Counted from the first letter of the stretch, positions 1 through 12,890 are shown. The stretch: 64,000 nucleotides of DNA from Eledone cirrhosa (GCA_964016885.1 OZ024762.1:6014001-6078000), one strand, 5' to 3'. Notes: generated by a model from the letters alone, not told the origin. Translations and numbers: made by a program.

Positions 1-1092
1 CCTTGGGACCGACACACTGACCACTAAAACCATCCACCTTGGGACCGACACACTGACCACTAAAACCATCCACCTTGGGACCGACACACTGACCACTAAA
101 ACCATCCACCTTGGGACCGACACACTGACCACTAAAACCATCCACCTTGGGACCGACACACTGACCACTAAAACCATCCACCTTGGGACCGACACACTGA
201 CCACTAAAACCATCCACCTTGGGACCGACACACTGACCACTAAAACCATCCACCTTGGGACCGACACACTGACCACTAAAACCATCCACCTTGGGACCGA
301 CACACTGACCACTAAAACCATCCACCTTGGGACCGACACACTGACCACTAAAACCATCCACCTTGGGACCGACACACTGACCACTAAAACCATCCACCTT
401 GGGACCGACACACTGACCACTAAAACCATCCACCTTGGGACCGACACACTGACCACTAAAACCATCCACCTTGGGACCGACACACTGACCACTAAAACCA
501 TCCACATTGGGACCGACACACTGACCACTAAAACCATCCACCTTGGGACCGACACACTGACCACTAAAACCATCCACCTTGGGACCGACACACTGACCAC
601 TAAAACCATCCACCTTGGGACCGACACACTGACCACTAAAACCATCCACCTTGGGACCGACACACTGACCACTAAAACCATCCACCTTGGGACCGACACA
701 CTGACCACTAAAACCATCCACATTGGGACCGACACACTGACCACTAAAACCATCCACCTTGGGACCGACACACTGACCACTAAAACCATCCACCTTGGGA
801 CCGACACACTGACCACTAAAACCATCCACCTTGGGACCGACACACTGACCACTAAAACCATCCACATTGGGACCGACACACTGACCACTAAAACCATCCA
901 CCTTGGGACCGACACACTGACCACTAAAACCATCCACCTTGGGACCGACACACTGACCACTAAAACCATCCACCTTGGGACCGACACACTGACCACTAAA
1001 ACCATCCACCTTGGGACCGACACACTGACCACTAAAACCATCCACCTTGGGACTGACACACTGACCACTAAAACCATCCACATTGGGACCGA
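1..1092. repeat. 36-bp tandem minisatellite, about 30 copies (continues left of window)
   Basis: Unit ccttgggaccgacacactgaccactaaaaccatcca, near-identical copies, no spacers. Confidence 0.99.
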
Positions 1093-1406
1093 TCTAGATG
1101 CTGGTTTCCACTGGAAAGTCAATGTGATAAGTTGATACAATATAAATACTGCTGGTTTACACTGGACAAACCTCAAATATGATTCATAATCATCATTGAA
1201 CATCCATTTTTCACGCATGGGTTTTGATGGGGTCACCAGCGGAGACCACATCATTCTCATAGGGATCTGTATTTTGGCTTAGTTTCTACAGCTGGATGCC
1301 TTTCCTAATGCCAACCATGTTACAGTGTAGAATTGGATGATAATTGTTCCTACTTTTGGCACAAGGCCAGTAATTTGAAGGGAAGGGGGGGGGGGGAGTT
1401 GACTAA

Positions 1407-1614
1407 CCCATTAGCATTTAAACCAGCCATATCTGGCCAGAATTCTCTCACCTCTTTCTGTTCAAACCGGCTGTAACTGGCCACTCAAAGGCATTGTTTT
1501 CGAAATAAATCTCAAAATCTTATAGATTCAATATTATGCAAGATAATTATGTGAGGTAAAGCTTTTACCATGAAAATTCAATAGTATATTTAGAGTAATG
1601 TGAATGCTAAAGGG
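1407..1614 (+). mobile_element. piggyBac-type MITE family A inserted in a SINE
   Basis: TIR cccattagcatt / aatgctaaaggg; CTAA on both sides. Confidence 0.85.
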
Positions 1615-1659
1615 CTAAATCAACTCTAGTGTGTTACTGGCATGACACAGTTGAAAGGA

Positions 1660-2130
1660 TGCACTTGTTTCTCCAGGTGCTGAGCTGCAGACCTAATTAA
1701 TTTTTGCTCCAGTCAACATGTCAGACTCCTCCAAGAAGTTGCTGGCCACCTTCAATTCCATCACAACGTCGTCCGAATATACCAGCACAGCCCTTCCACA
1801 TCCCGGTTTAACTGGGATACCCTTCAATAGCTCCAGCTTCTGCAGTAGTGGCTCAAGAGTCAGCATATACAGAAGAGAGGAGAGAGGACATTGTTGACAG
1901 ATCGAGTGTATGATCTGAAACGGTTCTGATAGGTTGCCATTTACTCCAGCCACTGAGCAATCCAACCTCTGAAGACAGGAGCAAAACAAGCTGATTTAAG
2001 GACAGCCTCCAAGTAGCAATAGTTGATCCTTTCAATTAATCCAAATCGATTAGTGCCTCACCAAAGCCAGATTCACTCCCTACCCTTTCTATGATGTATC
2101 ATATGAAATAGAGGTCGTTGTGTGTAGTCC
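1660..2130 (-). mobile_element. Decayed L1/Tx1-clade LINE reverse-transcriptase fragment
   Basis: SICQQCPLSSLLYMLTLEPLL and YSDDV correspond to RT motifs RQGCPLSPLLY..ALEPL and YADD; stops and frameshifts. Confidence 0.8.
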
Positions 2131-2467
2131 TTAATAATTGTTTCTACTTTTGGCACAAGGTCAGCAATTTGAAGGGAAGAAGCAAGTCGATAAATCGACG
2201 CCAATGTGTTACTGGTACTTTATTTTATTGATCCCATAAGTATGAAAGGTAAAGCTAACCTTGGTGGGATTTGAACTCACCTAACTTTAATATTGATTTC
2301 TTATATAGGCACAAGGCCAGTAATTTGGGGGAGGGGCAAGTCGATTAAATCGACCCCAGTACATTACTGGTGCTTTATTTTACTGACGCCGTAAGGATGA
2401 AAGGCAAAGCTAACCTTCGTGGGATTTGAACTCACCCAACCTTAATAACAATAAGAATAATAATTAC

Positions 2468-2604
2468 CGAAGAACTATATACTTCATATAAAACTGCAAA
2501 GAGGGTTTGAATAAATGCAGAGGCAAGATCTATATCTTCTTTTAATATTTCCTCTCTGGAATCACATTGTTCAACATTGGGATCAGAGGAAGAGGAAGAG
2601 GAAG
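2468..2604 (-). CDS. TRIP12: TRIP12 exon (SSSSSSSDPNVEQCDSREEILKEDIDLASAFIQTLFAVLYEVYSSS); gene continues left of the window
   Basis: tttcag/gtaatt; matches FIKTLFGVLYEVYSSS; 137 nt. Confidence 0.96.
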
Positions 2605-2936
2605 CTGAAATAATAAAAGACAAAGTTTATTGATTTAACAACACAAGACAGTAACAAACAACAACGGCCATTTTAAGGCCAGTTTCCTTGTCAAAGTAGG
2701 AGTTATCTTGACATGGGGTCCTTTTTAAAGCAATGTTTTATAGTCAAATGTCCTGTCCTGGTGCCAAATCTTTTAGTTGCCTCTTATAATATGAGTATAT
2801 ACATTATAGTAAAGGAACTGTCCATTAAACTTTAGCTAATTTACACTATAGACCTAGTAACAAAATTTAATTTCTTTTCACCTCAAAACAAATTAAATGT
2901 AAATTTACAAAACCTAACTAATTTACCAGTGTTTAA

Positions 2937-3139
2937 CCATTTAGCATTTAAACCGGCCATATCTGGCCAGAATTCTCTCACCTCTTTCTGTTCAAACTGG
3001 CAGTAACTGGCCAATCATACCTACATTAAGGTATTGTTCTCAAAATAAATAATATCAAAATCTCAGATCCGATATGCAAGATAAAGCCTTTACTATGAAA
3101 ATAGAAGAATAAATATAGAATAATGTAAATGCTAAAGGG
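2937..3139 (+). mobile_element. piggyBac-type MITE family A (further copies 24149-24336, 50772-50978, 52350-52526)
   Basis: TTAA flanks, TIR CCCTTTAGCATT, shared core gaattctctcacctctttctgttcaaac. Confidence 0.9.
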
Positions 3140-3377
3140 TTAATACAACTTACATAAGTATATTAGTAAACTAAATTCAAATACACCTTCAATGTTTGAA
3201 TTATTTAATGGGAAGGATGGGTTTGGAGCATTTTACTCCAAAACACAAAGCACCACCTCATCGAGGAATCAAACCCATAACCTTATGATCCTGAATTCAA
3301 TACCCTAATCACTAGGCTATGCAACCGCCTGACTAAATAACAAAAAAACAAAAAAATAATAAATAAAATTTACTTAC

Positions 3378-3540
3378 AAGCAGAGTGAATACAACTAGCA
3401 ACCAATGAATTCACTTTTCTCTGAACTGGCCGTGCTGTGCCAGTGTCTTCGTTGATTTGTTGCATGGAATTAAAGTCAATAGTATACGCTCTTCCCATTG
3501 TCGACAGACTGACTTCATCTTCACCTGACTGATGAGCTGC
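3378..3540 (-). CDS. TRIP12: TRIP12 exon, second half of WWE domain (AAHQSGEDEVSLSTMGRAYTIDFNSMQQINEDTGTARPVQRK...)
   Basis: ttgtag/gtaagt; 163 nt; YTIDFNSMQQIN.DTG..R.V.R WWE motif. Confidence 0.97.
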
Positions 3541-3653
3541 CTACAAACAGTGGAAACAATAATACACAAGCATTCATTACCATATTTCATTAATTCCACC
3601 ATCTCTTCATCTATTAAGTCTTAACCTGTAATGGTTTAGCAGAAATATATATA

Positions 3654-3951
3654 CAGTGGAACCTTGGTTCACAGACTTAATTCATTTCTGAAGGCCATTC
3701 ATCATCCAAAATATTTGTAAACTGAAACTATTTTTCCCATACAAAATGTTTAGAGAGAGAAATACTGTGTGAAAAACAGATATCATCAAAGTAACTAACT
3801 ACACAGCAGGTGACGCTTATTCTCAGCTTGTTAACCATTGTTGCCGGCTTGCATGTTCGTTACTCAAGACATTGTTCATCACCCAAGATGTTTTATGTTT
3901 AGAAATGTTTATCATGAACCGATTTGTTTGTGATGAACATAGGATCCACTG
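3654..3951. mobile_element. Tc1/mariner (Tigger/pogo-like) MITE; second copy in opposite orientation at 43286-43600
   Basis: TA-CAGTGGAACCT(C/T)GGTTCAC type TIRs, TA duplication, shared interior. Confidence 0.85.
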
Positions 3952-4131
3952 TATATAAAAATAGGTTTGGTTAATTTACTGTATTTGCCGGCCTATTTGG
4001 CAGCATTTGAACTCAGAATGCAGAGAGCCAAAACAAATATCGCAAAACATTGACATTTTAACAATTCTGCCAATTCGACATGCAAAAAATAAAATAAATA
4101 AATAAAAAATAAAAATTCCAAAATAGTTTAC

Positions 4132-4288
4132 CTCAATGATTCTGCTGTCAATCAATGCATAGGGATGCCAGATACCACGATCATCTCGCCATTGCCAAAT
4201 AACAGCATCACCACTGACAGAAGTACCCTTCTTTAACATAGAATCAATTGAGAATATCCCGTCTGATGGAAGTTTCGGCATTAATTCA
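4132..4288 (-). CDS. TRIP12: TRIP12 exon, first half of WWE domain ([12 protein letters not shown]...[23 protein letters not shown])
   Basis: ttctag/gtaaac; WQW..W.PY WWE signature; 157 nt. Confidence 0.98.
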
Positions 4289-4727
4289 CTAGAAGGAAAA
4301 CAAGAGCTATTTTACCATTTTTATACCAAATCGACCCTCGTTCTTTGATACTTCACTGTTTATATTTAAGTGTTTTACATTTATCTATAAAAAAAAAAAA
4401 AAACAACAAAAAACAACCTTCATAATTTATGTAAGAACCTTTTATTTTGAGTTAATCATACTCAAGAGGGTTATCAATTCTATTTGTTTGTAATTTTCTT
4501 AATTTTCTATGTACAGGCTTGACATTTTGTCAGTAGATGTTTAAATATCAATAATTTACAATTATATAATTTTACCTGATTTTTTTGGTTAAATTTGACT
4601 TTTATGGGCAGGTGAAATTAATTAATAGGGGCATTTGAAGTATCAGCCAGGTGCAAATACTGGTTTAATTTTAAATACGTTGTTTTCATCATAATACTTG
4701 ATAATATAAGAATCACTAAACCTTATA

Positions 4728-5476
4728 TCAGTGTTCCAGTAATTCCAGTCTTGGAAGTTGTTTTATACCGAACATAATATTTACGGTAAAAAATGCTTGC
4801 ATTTCCGCAGCATGTCGGTCGCCAAACAGATCGGGTTTTCCTCGATTTGAAATCTGTTGTTGGGCATATCGATTAATCTCTTCTGCCACAACTTCGATGA
4901 CAGTTTGTGGTAAAAATAAAAAGAAATAATCCAGTGCTTTAGCATCGGGAGCTAATGTGTGTTGTAGACCAATATTTTGAATAAAATCGGGAACATATAT
5001 TGGTGTGGTATTTTTCAACCATGTTGCTGTAATATTTTCAATGGCATCCTGGAGATCTCCTCCGTTTTCACTTTCAAAACAACAATCATCGTTGGATGAA
5101 ATTTCAGAAATGTAAACATCTGATTCATTTGAAGATAAATCACTAATATTATCTTTTGTTTCTTGTTCATTCTGAATGTCGTCATGTGTAAAACCTTCAA
5201 AGTCGGTATCATTACTTTCACAAGCCATGTTGATACACAAAAAAACCTGTTCTACTTTCAATGTTAAAAAAACACCTTGTTTTAAGTCGTTTCACTATAT
5301 TAAGTGTTAATTTTTGTGGTAAGGGCCTAATCTTGCAATAATCTCGAATTGATGAGATTTTGATGATGGTTTGTTTATTTTTAGAACGATATTTTAGTGT
5401 GGATGTTATCGGCCGGTTTCGGGTGGTTTGAACAAATGAAGGGGAAATAATTTCGGCCAGTTTGAACACTAAAGGG
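4728..5476 (-). mobile_element. piggyBac relic: left terminus plus 5' part of transposase (PGBD4-like, DDE_Tnp_1_7 N-terminus)
   Basis: TTAA (5477-80) then CCCTTTAGTGTTCAAAC terminus; ORF from ATG 5228 with acidic FEGF N-terminus and DYFFLFLP...EEINRYAQQ...EMQAFF...GIKQLP; truncated at 4728. Confidence 0.85.
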
Positions 5477-6103
5477 TTAATACAAATAAAAATGACTAGA
5501 AATGCATTATGTCCAGTTAGCATATTTTTCTAGGAGGAGTAGGATAGGTCCTATACAAAATGGTAAACATCTGTTTTATATTCTTTAACCTTATGAGAAA
5601 ATATTGTAAAATATCTTAATGTGATCGAGATTTTCATGGCTAACATGGTACAAATTTACAAATATATTTAGACATAGCTTGGCAGGACTCCTCAGTTGTG
5701 TCAAAGACATGCTGGCCTCCCTAAGGCTAATGAGACAATAAAATGCACTTGGATGTGCATGGGATCATATGTAAGCTAGGTGCAGGCCGCCAGCACATCA
5801 GAGGGGTGAGTGGTCCTGCTTCAGTTCTGACAGTCTCTGAAGATCCGTTCAACTTTTGTTAGCAGGGAAAACAGACATTAAAGGATGATGATGATGATGA
5901 TGACTGTACTATAGGCTCACATCATACCAAAAATGCAATTTATTGCTGTTTTTTTTTTTCCTTCTTAGTTTCAGAAACAGAGGGTGTATTATACACACAG
6001 AAACACAATAATCAGACTTGAAGCAGGAGTCACAGAAATTTAGTTTTGCTCCTCAAAATCTCAAATAGAAAACCACAAGAAAGTATAACGATGAAAAACT
6101 TAC

Positions 6104-6153
6104 CCAATTAAACACACAATTTCATATAATTCTTGAGGTGTCCTGGAAATCAA
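6104..6153 (-). CDS. TRIP12: TRIP12 exon (LISRTPQELYEIVCLIG)
   Basis: tttcag/gtaagt; 50 nt; matches LVPRSPQELYELTSLI. Confidence 0.95.
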
Positions 6154-7212
6154 CTGAAAATACAAACACAAATACTTCAAAACAATGAATTTAGATGTAA
6201 CGGCTTTTACTTTAAGTCAGTTGTGTCATTTCAACAATTACTATTTTTACTAAATCCATCAATATTATTGATTATTTTCAAAATAATATGGTAATGAAAG
6301 GGATAATTTTAGTAAATCTAAACTATAATAAAGTAAGGAGTGTGGAACTGCGTACGGTTTATTTCTTTTAATCCAGTTAGTAAAATAAGTTGGATTACTT
6401 TGAATAAAAATAATGAATGAATATTACATAATTTATGTACTAAATTTCGTAAACATAAATAATTTAAAATGCACAATACATATGGTAGCAGAAAACCGCC
6501 CAAAGGGTTGTTTTTCTGCTAGTACCTTCAAATTTTTTGTTAAGCCCGTTAATATCGAACCAACCGAAACCTGCACAAGATTTATGATACAAACTGTTTT
6601 AGAGTGTTTGTTTATATCTAGCTAAAAATCTTTCATTATTAAAATGGAGTTTTGTGACGAGATTGTTGTATTACAAGATCCTTCCAAATTCTTTATTTTC
6701 AAAATTATTTGAAAATCAAAGGCAGTGTCTTTCATAAGAAACATGGTAATTTCATATATGAACCTATTATGTTCCTCACAGCAACTTAATAATGAGAAAG
6801 TCTTTTTCGCCTACTTATTCTTGGGAGGGTTGTGGGGTCAGAGTCCTCAAACATTCCTTCCAGTGGGTCCAGTCAAAAGCAACAATCTCTAACTAATCCA
6901 GATGTTTCTCAAGCAAGACCAGCCAAGTTCATGGAAGTTATCCAATCATCTTGCTCAGGGTCTGCTCCTGGGTCTCCTGCCAGTTGGATTTTGTCTATAA
7001 AATCAGTCCAGCGATTCTTTCCAGAGACATTCTAACCACATGCCCATAGTATCAGAGCTGTGATCTCCCAATTCTCAATTATGCTAAATTATTTGAAAAT
7101 TACTGGCAGTGTCTTTCCTAATAAATATGGTAACGAAAAGGTTAATTGATTGAAATAAAGTATTTCGTTAGAAATAGGGTCACAAAAGGGTGAAAGAAAA
7201 ATTATTTCTTAC

Positions 7213-7277
7213 CTCAATACTTTGAGAAGCTTGGTCTGAGGCACCAACCAGTAAATAACACAATGTTTCAGCTATTT
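7213..7277 (-). CDS. TRIP12: TRIP12 exon (KIAETLCYLLVGASDQASQSIE)
   Basis: tcccag/gtaaga; 65 nt. Confidence 0.95.
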
Positions 7278-8597
7278 CTGGGAGAGAAACAAAGACAAAA
7301 TATTTCACATCAAACAACTCAACTTCAAGTTTAACATAACATTTCATCCAACACTCTAAATACTTCTGTCCATTTATCAATGCAATGCAACAGTAATGAA
7401 ACACCACAATAAAACATGCGATGTGATAACAGAAGTATGCTGTGGTAAACACTGTATGAAAATAAAATGGAAGTAATGAAATTTACAGCCCACACCTATG
7501 TGGGTTTAGCTGCGTCACATAGAATGTTTGGGTGTTTTAATAAGAGCCACAATCCTATCATTGTTGTTACAGCTCACACCTATACAGGTTTGGCTGGCAT
7601 CGTACAAAGCTGCATTTCATTGAAGGTACCTTGGGTGTTTTAATGATAGGAGCCTTAATCCTAGCATGTTACAGTTCACAACTATGCAGGTTTAGCTGTC
7701 CCTCAACAATGTATCACATAGATTTCTTGGGTGTGTTAATGACAGGAACCCCAGTCTTATGAAAAGCAACGTTAAATAAAACATCTTACTGAAGAACCCA
7801 ATGCTTCGCAAAGACCAGGAATTGAACTCACAAGCTTATGATCTGAGCCCAACAAACTAATCACTGGACTACATACATTTAAATATTTAAAACTATTTTC
7901 TCTGCAGGCCTGTCAAAATTTAATTGTGTTAAATATCAACTCTAAAGTAGTTGCTACCAACTCCCCATTTCTGAATATGCAGAATTTGTTTACAAGCCTA
8001 TTGGTTAGGATGCTGAACTCATGGTCTTAAGGTTGTGGGTTTGATTCCCAGACGAAATGGCACATTATGTCCTTGAATAAGACATTTCATTTCACGTTAC
8101 TTCGAGTCATTAAGTTGAAAATGAGTACCACTGGCTCTGAGGGTTAGCCTTGCAACGGACTAACATCTTATTCAGAAATAAGACTTCTACTTTCAGTTGC
8201 TTAATGCTCACGAAACTGAAATAAGCTGTTCTTCGATAAGCCCATGCAAAGCATGGAAAAACAGATGTAGAATTGAAATTAGAGTTTTACAAAGCAAAGA
8301 CAATGTATACAGGTGCCACAATGAAATTATACATTAAACTGCACAGGGTGCATTTGGTTATGCCACAATAAACTGTACCCAGTACACCCTGTAAGGTGAT
8401 TGGAATTGGGAAAGGCATCAAGCTTTGGAAACCATGCCAAAGATGGAATATGAGCAAGTTGAGGTCTTTTCGATTTGTCTGGTCTCAGTGTGACAACCCA
8501 TCTAATACTTGTCAGCATGAAAGATGGGTGTCAAATAATGATAATGATTCAGTGACTTTATAATTGATGCAATATGAAAATCAAGGTAATTTCTTAC

Positions 8598-8709
8598 TCT
8601 GTTTTAGTAGGACAACGGCTAAATCAGGACAACTCCCACACATAAGTGCCAGCATTCGTATCACCATCACAAATGTTCCTGTGTTTATTATAGGAGGACT
8701 CACAACCAG
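8598..8709 (-). CDS. TRIP12: TRIP12 exon ([37 protein letters not shown])
   Basis: ttgtag/gtaaga; 112 nt; phase 0 to 1. Confidence 0.96.
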
Positions 8710-10012
8710 CTACAATGGAAAACATCATTTAATGATAAGGAAAACTTCACATTAATACTTTTGATACTAACCTGCCTTGATAAAAACGGGTTTTTGTTTC
8801 ATAAAACTAAAAGCAATTTTAATGGATTTCTATTGAAATTAAAACCTTCCAATTTTACAATTAAGTTTATGAAATAAATTTTAGTAAATTCCTCCAAATT
8901 CTTCAATAACTAATTCAAATGCAATTAATTTAATTAGAAATACGGTAACAAAAGGGTTAAAAATATACGGCTAAACCCATTAAAATACAAACATAGATTT
9001 CTTACATAGGCACAAGTCATCAAGTAATTTTAGCACCAGCCTGGTCAAAACAGGCCCTGGATCATCTTTTAAAAAAGAAACCTGCTAAGTTACTATCTTA
9101 GTAATAAAATAAGCACAGGAAATCCCTCAAAATTATTAATTAACTGAAAGAGTGGATTTCATTAGAAATATGGGAATTAGTGAAGGAATTGACATGAACT
9201 TAACCTTTTTGTCACTGTATTTCTAATGAAAGACATCATGAAGTAATTTTTAGAATAATCAAGAATTTAGAGGGATTTATTAGAAAAACTTTCTTATAAA
9301 GTTGGTATTTAGAACAACCTCAAGAATTTGATGGAAGGTTTAAATTTAACCCTTTTGTGACCATATTTCTGATGAAATATAGTGTATTTCAATTAATTGC
9401 CAATATACTAAAAAATAAGCTGAAGAATATCTCGTAGGAAGATTTTTGGGGCTCCAGTTCTATTATGAAAAGACTCTTTCCAAGACTGATCACAAGGTTA
9501 AAGTTATTGTTACACCTTACAGGCCACATATGAGATTACATCTCATAGGTTTATGTGTTTTAATGATAGAAGCCTCAGTCCTATCAGCTTGTTACAGCTG
9601 ATACTTATGTAGGGTTACCTGACCTCCTAAGAATCTATCTCAGAGGTTTCTTGGTGACCCCAGTCCTATCATATACTGATTGTAGTGTACCACATTACCA
9701 TATCATATATTTGCTATTTAGAAGGTATTGAAAACCTATACCATTGTTACCCCAATGATACAGACCTGAACAATGTGGGAAGAACACACTCTGGCATGCA
9801 GAAGCTCAGACATAAGATGCCCTGTAGTTCCAGAGGACAGAATGATAGAGGGAGACGTGTTGAAATAGCCATTCCAACTTGCAGGCCTCATTCTTGCAGG
9901 TTGGCAACCCTGACCCAATAGCAATGAGTAGGGAAGTAATTTGGGGAGCCAGAATGCCACTGTTATAGATTTATTAGAAGAGAAACAGATGGAGAAAAAC
10001 AATAACCCTTAC

Positions 10013-10135
10013 TAATTGCTGGATATTTGTGAGAAGACCATGAACAGCAATTTCTTTTAAGATCCTTTGATCATGTTGAAAATTATCAACAAGACGAGAG
10101 AAACATAGGCAGCAGCTTTCCACTGATTTCTTGTC
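10013..10135 (-). CDS. TRIP12: TRIP12 exon ([41 protein letters not shown])
   Basis: tttcag/gtaagg; 123 nt. Confidence 0.97.
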
Positions 10136-10439
10136 CTGAAAGATAAAATAACATTTCAATAATTTGACAACCAGAAATTATACAGTGAAAATTAAATATT
10201 TAATTACATATGATGATTATATAAATATAACATACATACGACAACATACAGATAAGCGTTCAATTTCAATTTCGTAGATTTTTTTAAAACGTTCAGAGAG
10301 AGAGAGAGAGAGAGAGAGAGTGCGCGCGTGTGTGTGTGTGGTGTGCGTGTGGCGTGTGTGAGATGTACATGTGTGTCTATATATACGTAACTGTTTATAT
10401 AGGTATGTAGATGTATATGTGTATATATTTGCATGCGCC

Positions 10440-11195
10440 CACCTCCACCTTCCGGTATAAATGCCCGACGCTATATGCTAGCCACTTCCTCGTGCATATA
10501 GCACCTTAAACCCAGGTCAGATCAGAGCAATCACGGGGCGGATGGAGGCTTCGTAAGCCGTCGTGTAGGCAACCCATCTAGGAGAGCTACCACTCCGAAT
10601 AAATTGCTGGTGGCACGAATAAAAGCACCCGGTCCATGCTGTAAAATGGAACAAATGGCAGTAGCATTCAGCCATTAAAAACCATGCCAAAGAAGAGGTG
10701 TAGTGGGATAGCAGGCAAATTAACAGGAAGGGAAAACTTCATATGCAGTAGATGTTCAGGAAAATTTGATAGAAGTGGCAGTGATAGACACATTTTTCAA
10801 ATGAAGGTAGGATTTATAGAGGTGGTTGATAGCTGCCGATACCTAGGTGATGAAATTAGCAAGGGAGGAGGGTGTCTGAGGCCATAGTATCTAGAATAAG
10901 GACGGGTTGGAAGAAGTTTAGGGAGCGGGTTCCTCTGTTTACAACGAAGGGTTTCTCCCTACAAACGAAAGGTCGGTTATATAATGCCGATGCACGATGT
11001 TGCATAGTAGTGACAAGGGCAGCAATGCGGGGGATATGCAATGGCTGGAGAGAAATGAAGCAAGCATGTTCCGATGGTTGTGTAACATCATTGTGCATGA
11101 ATGACCAAGCATGAAGAACCATGACGAATGGAGAGATGTGCTGAAAAGGATCTGTCCCACCCTTGCAAGCAAGGAAAAGCGGATGTAAAATGAGA
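10440..11195 (+). mobile_element. RTE LINE fragments (5'-leader-like segment, post-RT region, 3' tail)
   Basis: IEVVDSCRYLGDEIS, SRIRTGWKKFRE..PL.TTKGFSL..KGRLY; same 3' tail as 46360-46420. Confidence 0.8.
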
Positions 11196-11253
11196 GAGAC
11201 GGGGGGGGGGGGGAGAGAGAATGCTAACCAGTAGAGATGAAGACATTACTTAC

Positions 11254-11415
11254 TTGGTGATTTACTCTGGCACTAAGTAATGGCAAAGAGTCTCTTATGT
11301 AATGAAATTCATCAGCTGTTAAATTCTGAACACAATTCGCTGTAATTGTTAATGCTGATCGTTGAGCAGAAATCGAGAAGAAGTCCAAATACATTAAGCA
11401 AGCTGCAATGCCACC
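11254..11415 (-). CDS. TRIP12: TRIP12 exon ([54 protein letters not shown])
   Basis: atttag/gtaagt; 162 nt. Confidence 0.97.
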
Positions 11416-12750
11416 CTAAATGGAGAGCAGAAACAAATCAATAAAACAATCAATAAAAAAAAAAAATATATATATATATTTTGAAAAAATGTCGAAGATT
11501 TTGATCAAAGAGGAAGGTGTTAGTGTTTAGTCCGCTCAACTTTGCCCACCACACAACCTCTATCACTATAACCACCAAAGAATACAGAAAAAGTACCAAG
11601 ATCTGAAGTGAGAATTGCAGAGAATCTAGAATTGTTGTCAAGTTGTTATCATACTTGTAACAGGAGCCTTAGGGACAGTGGCTAGAAGTTTGAATAGCTG
11701 GTTGAAATGTTGGATATTGAGATGGATTTTCTGACTCTACAGAAAAGCTTATTTGCTTAGCCTAGCAAGAATCCTATGGAAAGTACTAGATATACCTAAA
11801 ACTGTTGTGGTAAAAAATTTAACTAGTTGATTGAAGATGTCTATAGAGGTAAATTCCATGACTCTCAGAAGGCTTGTTTGCAGTTAAAAGTTTCAATGGT
11901 TGACTGAAGTTACAGATGTGAATTTCCTGATTCTACAGAAGGCTTGTTTGCTTGGCACAGTAAGAACCATATGGAAAGTACTAGATATATTTAAGTTGCA
12001 TGAAATAACTTTATAGCAATCAAAATACCAGCAGAAGAACAAAATGCTGAGTCACTATGACAACTTCAAATGGGAATTATTCCAGTTGTTGTAGGTGCTT
12101 TGGTCAGTATAAGTACTGAACCTCTTTAGTAGGTAGAAAAGATTGGAGTTAATTTGAAGATTAAACACCATTAAAACCACCCCTCCAAAAAAGCACTCCT
12201 TGGGACTGATCAGATACTCTGCAGAATCCTCAAATCATGAATGAAATTTACCAGCTCAGTCCACTGGGTGTGTGCAGCTGGTACTTAGTTTCCATCTCTG
12301 GGTAATTTGCTGCTACAGAAGATAATTATTTCTACATTTGGCACAAGGCCAGCAATTCGAAGGGAGAGGGATAGTCGATTAAATTGACCCAACTGTGTTA
12401 CTGGTACTTTATTTCATCAACCCCGTAAGGATGAAAGGTAAAGTTAACTTTAGATGGGATTTGAACTGAGAACAAAGAGCTGCAACTATGCTGCAGAGCA
12501 TGTTATCCAACACAGTAGCATAGTTGCAGTTCTTTACAGTCTGAGTTCAAATGTCATCTAAAGTCAACTTTACCTTTCATCCTTACGGAGTTGATAAAAT
12601 AAAGTACTGCCAATCCACTGCGTATGATAACAATGATGATTTTTTTTTTATTTGCCACAAGGGCACCAAATAATGAAAAACATTACAAAGGCAAATGATA
12701 AAGTGGTGGGTTTACATAGAAATCAAATGACGAAAAATTAAAATGAATTT

Positions 12751-12788
<38 letters not shown>

Positions 12789-12890
12789 AAAGAATTACAC
12801 ATTTACAAACATATATATATATATATGTAGACACATCTGCATATATACATATATATATATTAATAATAACAATAATAAAATTGTTCTTAC

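Noticed and set aside
1-1092. CRISPR array or 12-aa repeat protein
   Set aside because: 36-bp units are contiguous with no spacers, there are no cas genes and the context is a eukaryotic intron. Open frames are a by-product of the unit length.
4728-5261. CSB-PGBD3-style TRIP12-transposase fusion exon
   Set aside because: Same strand as the gene, but the host intron is phase 2 and the nearby AG sites do not enter the transposase frame (the 5246 site is phase 0). The transposase is also truncated before its catalytic core.
6310-6460. Near-identical short ORFs (NLVHKLCNIHSL) here and at 23810-23945
   Set aside because: Two copies of an AT-rich dispersed repeat; the shared peptide reflects nucleotide identity only.
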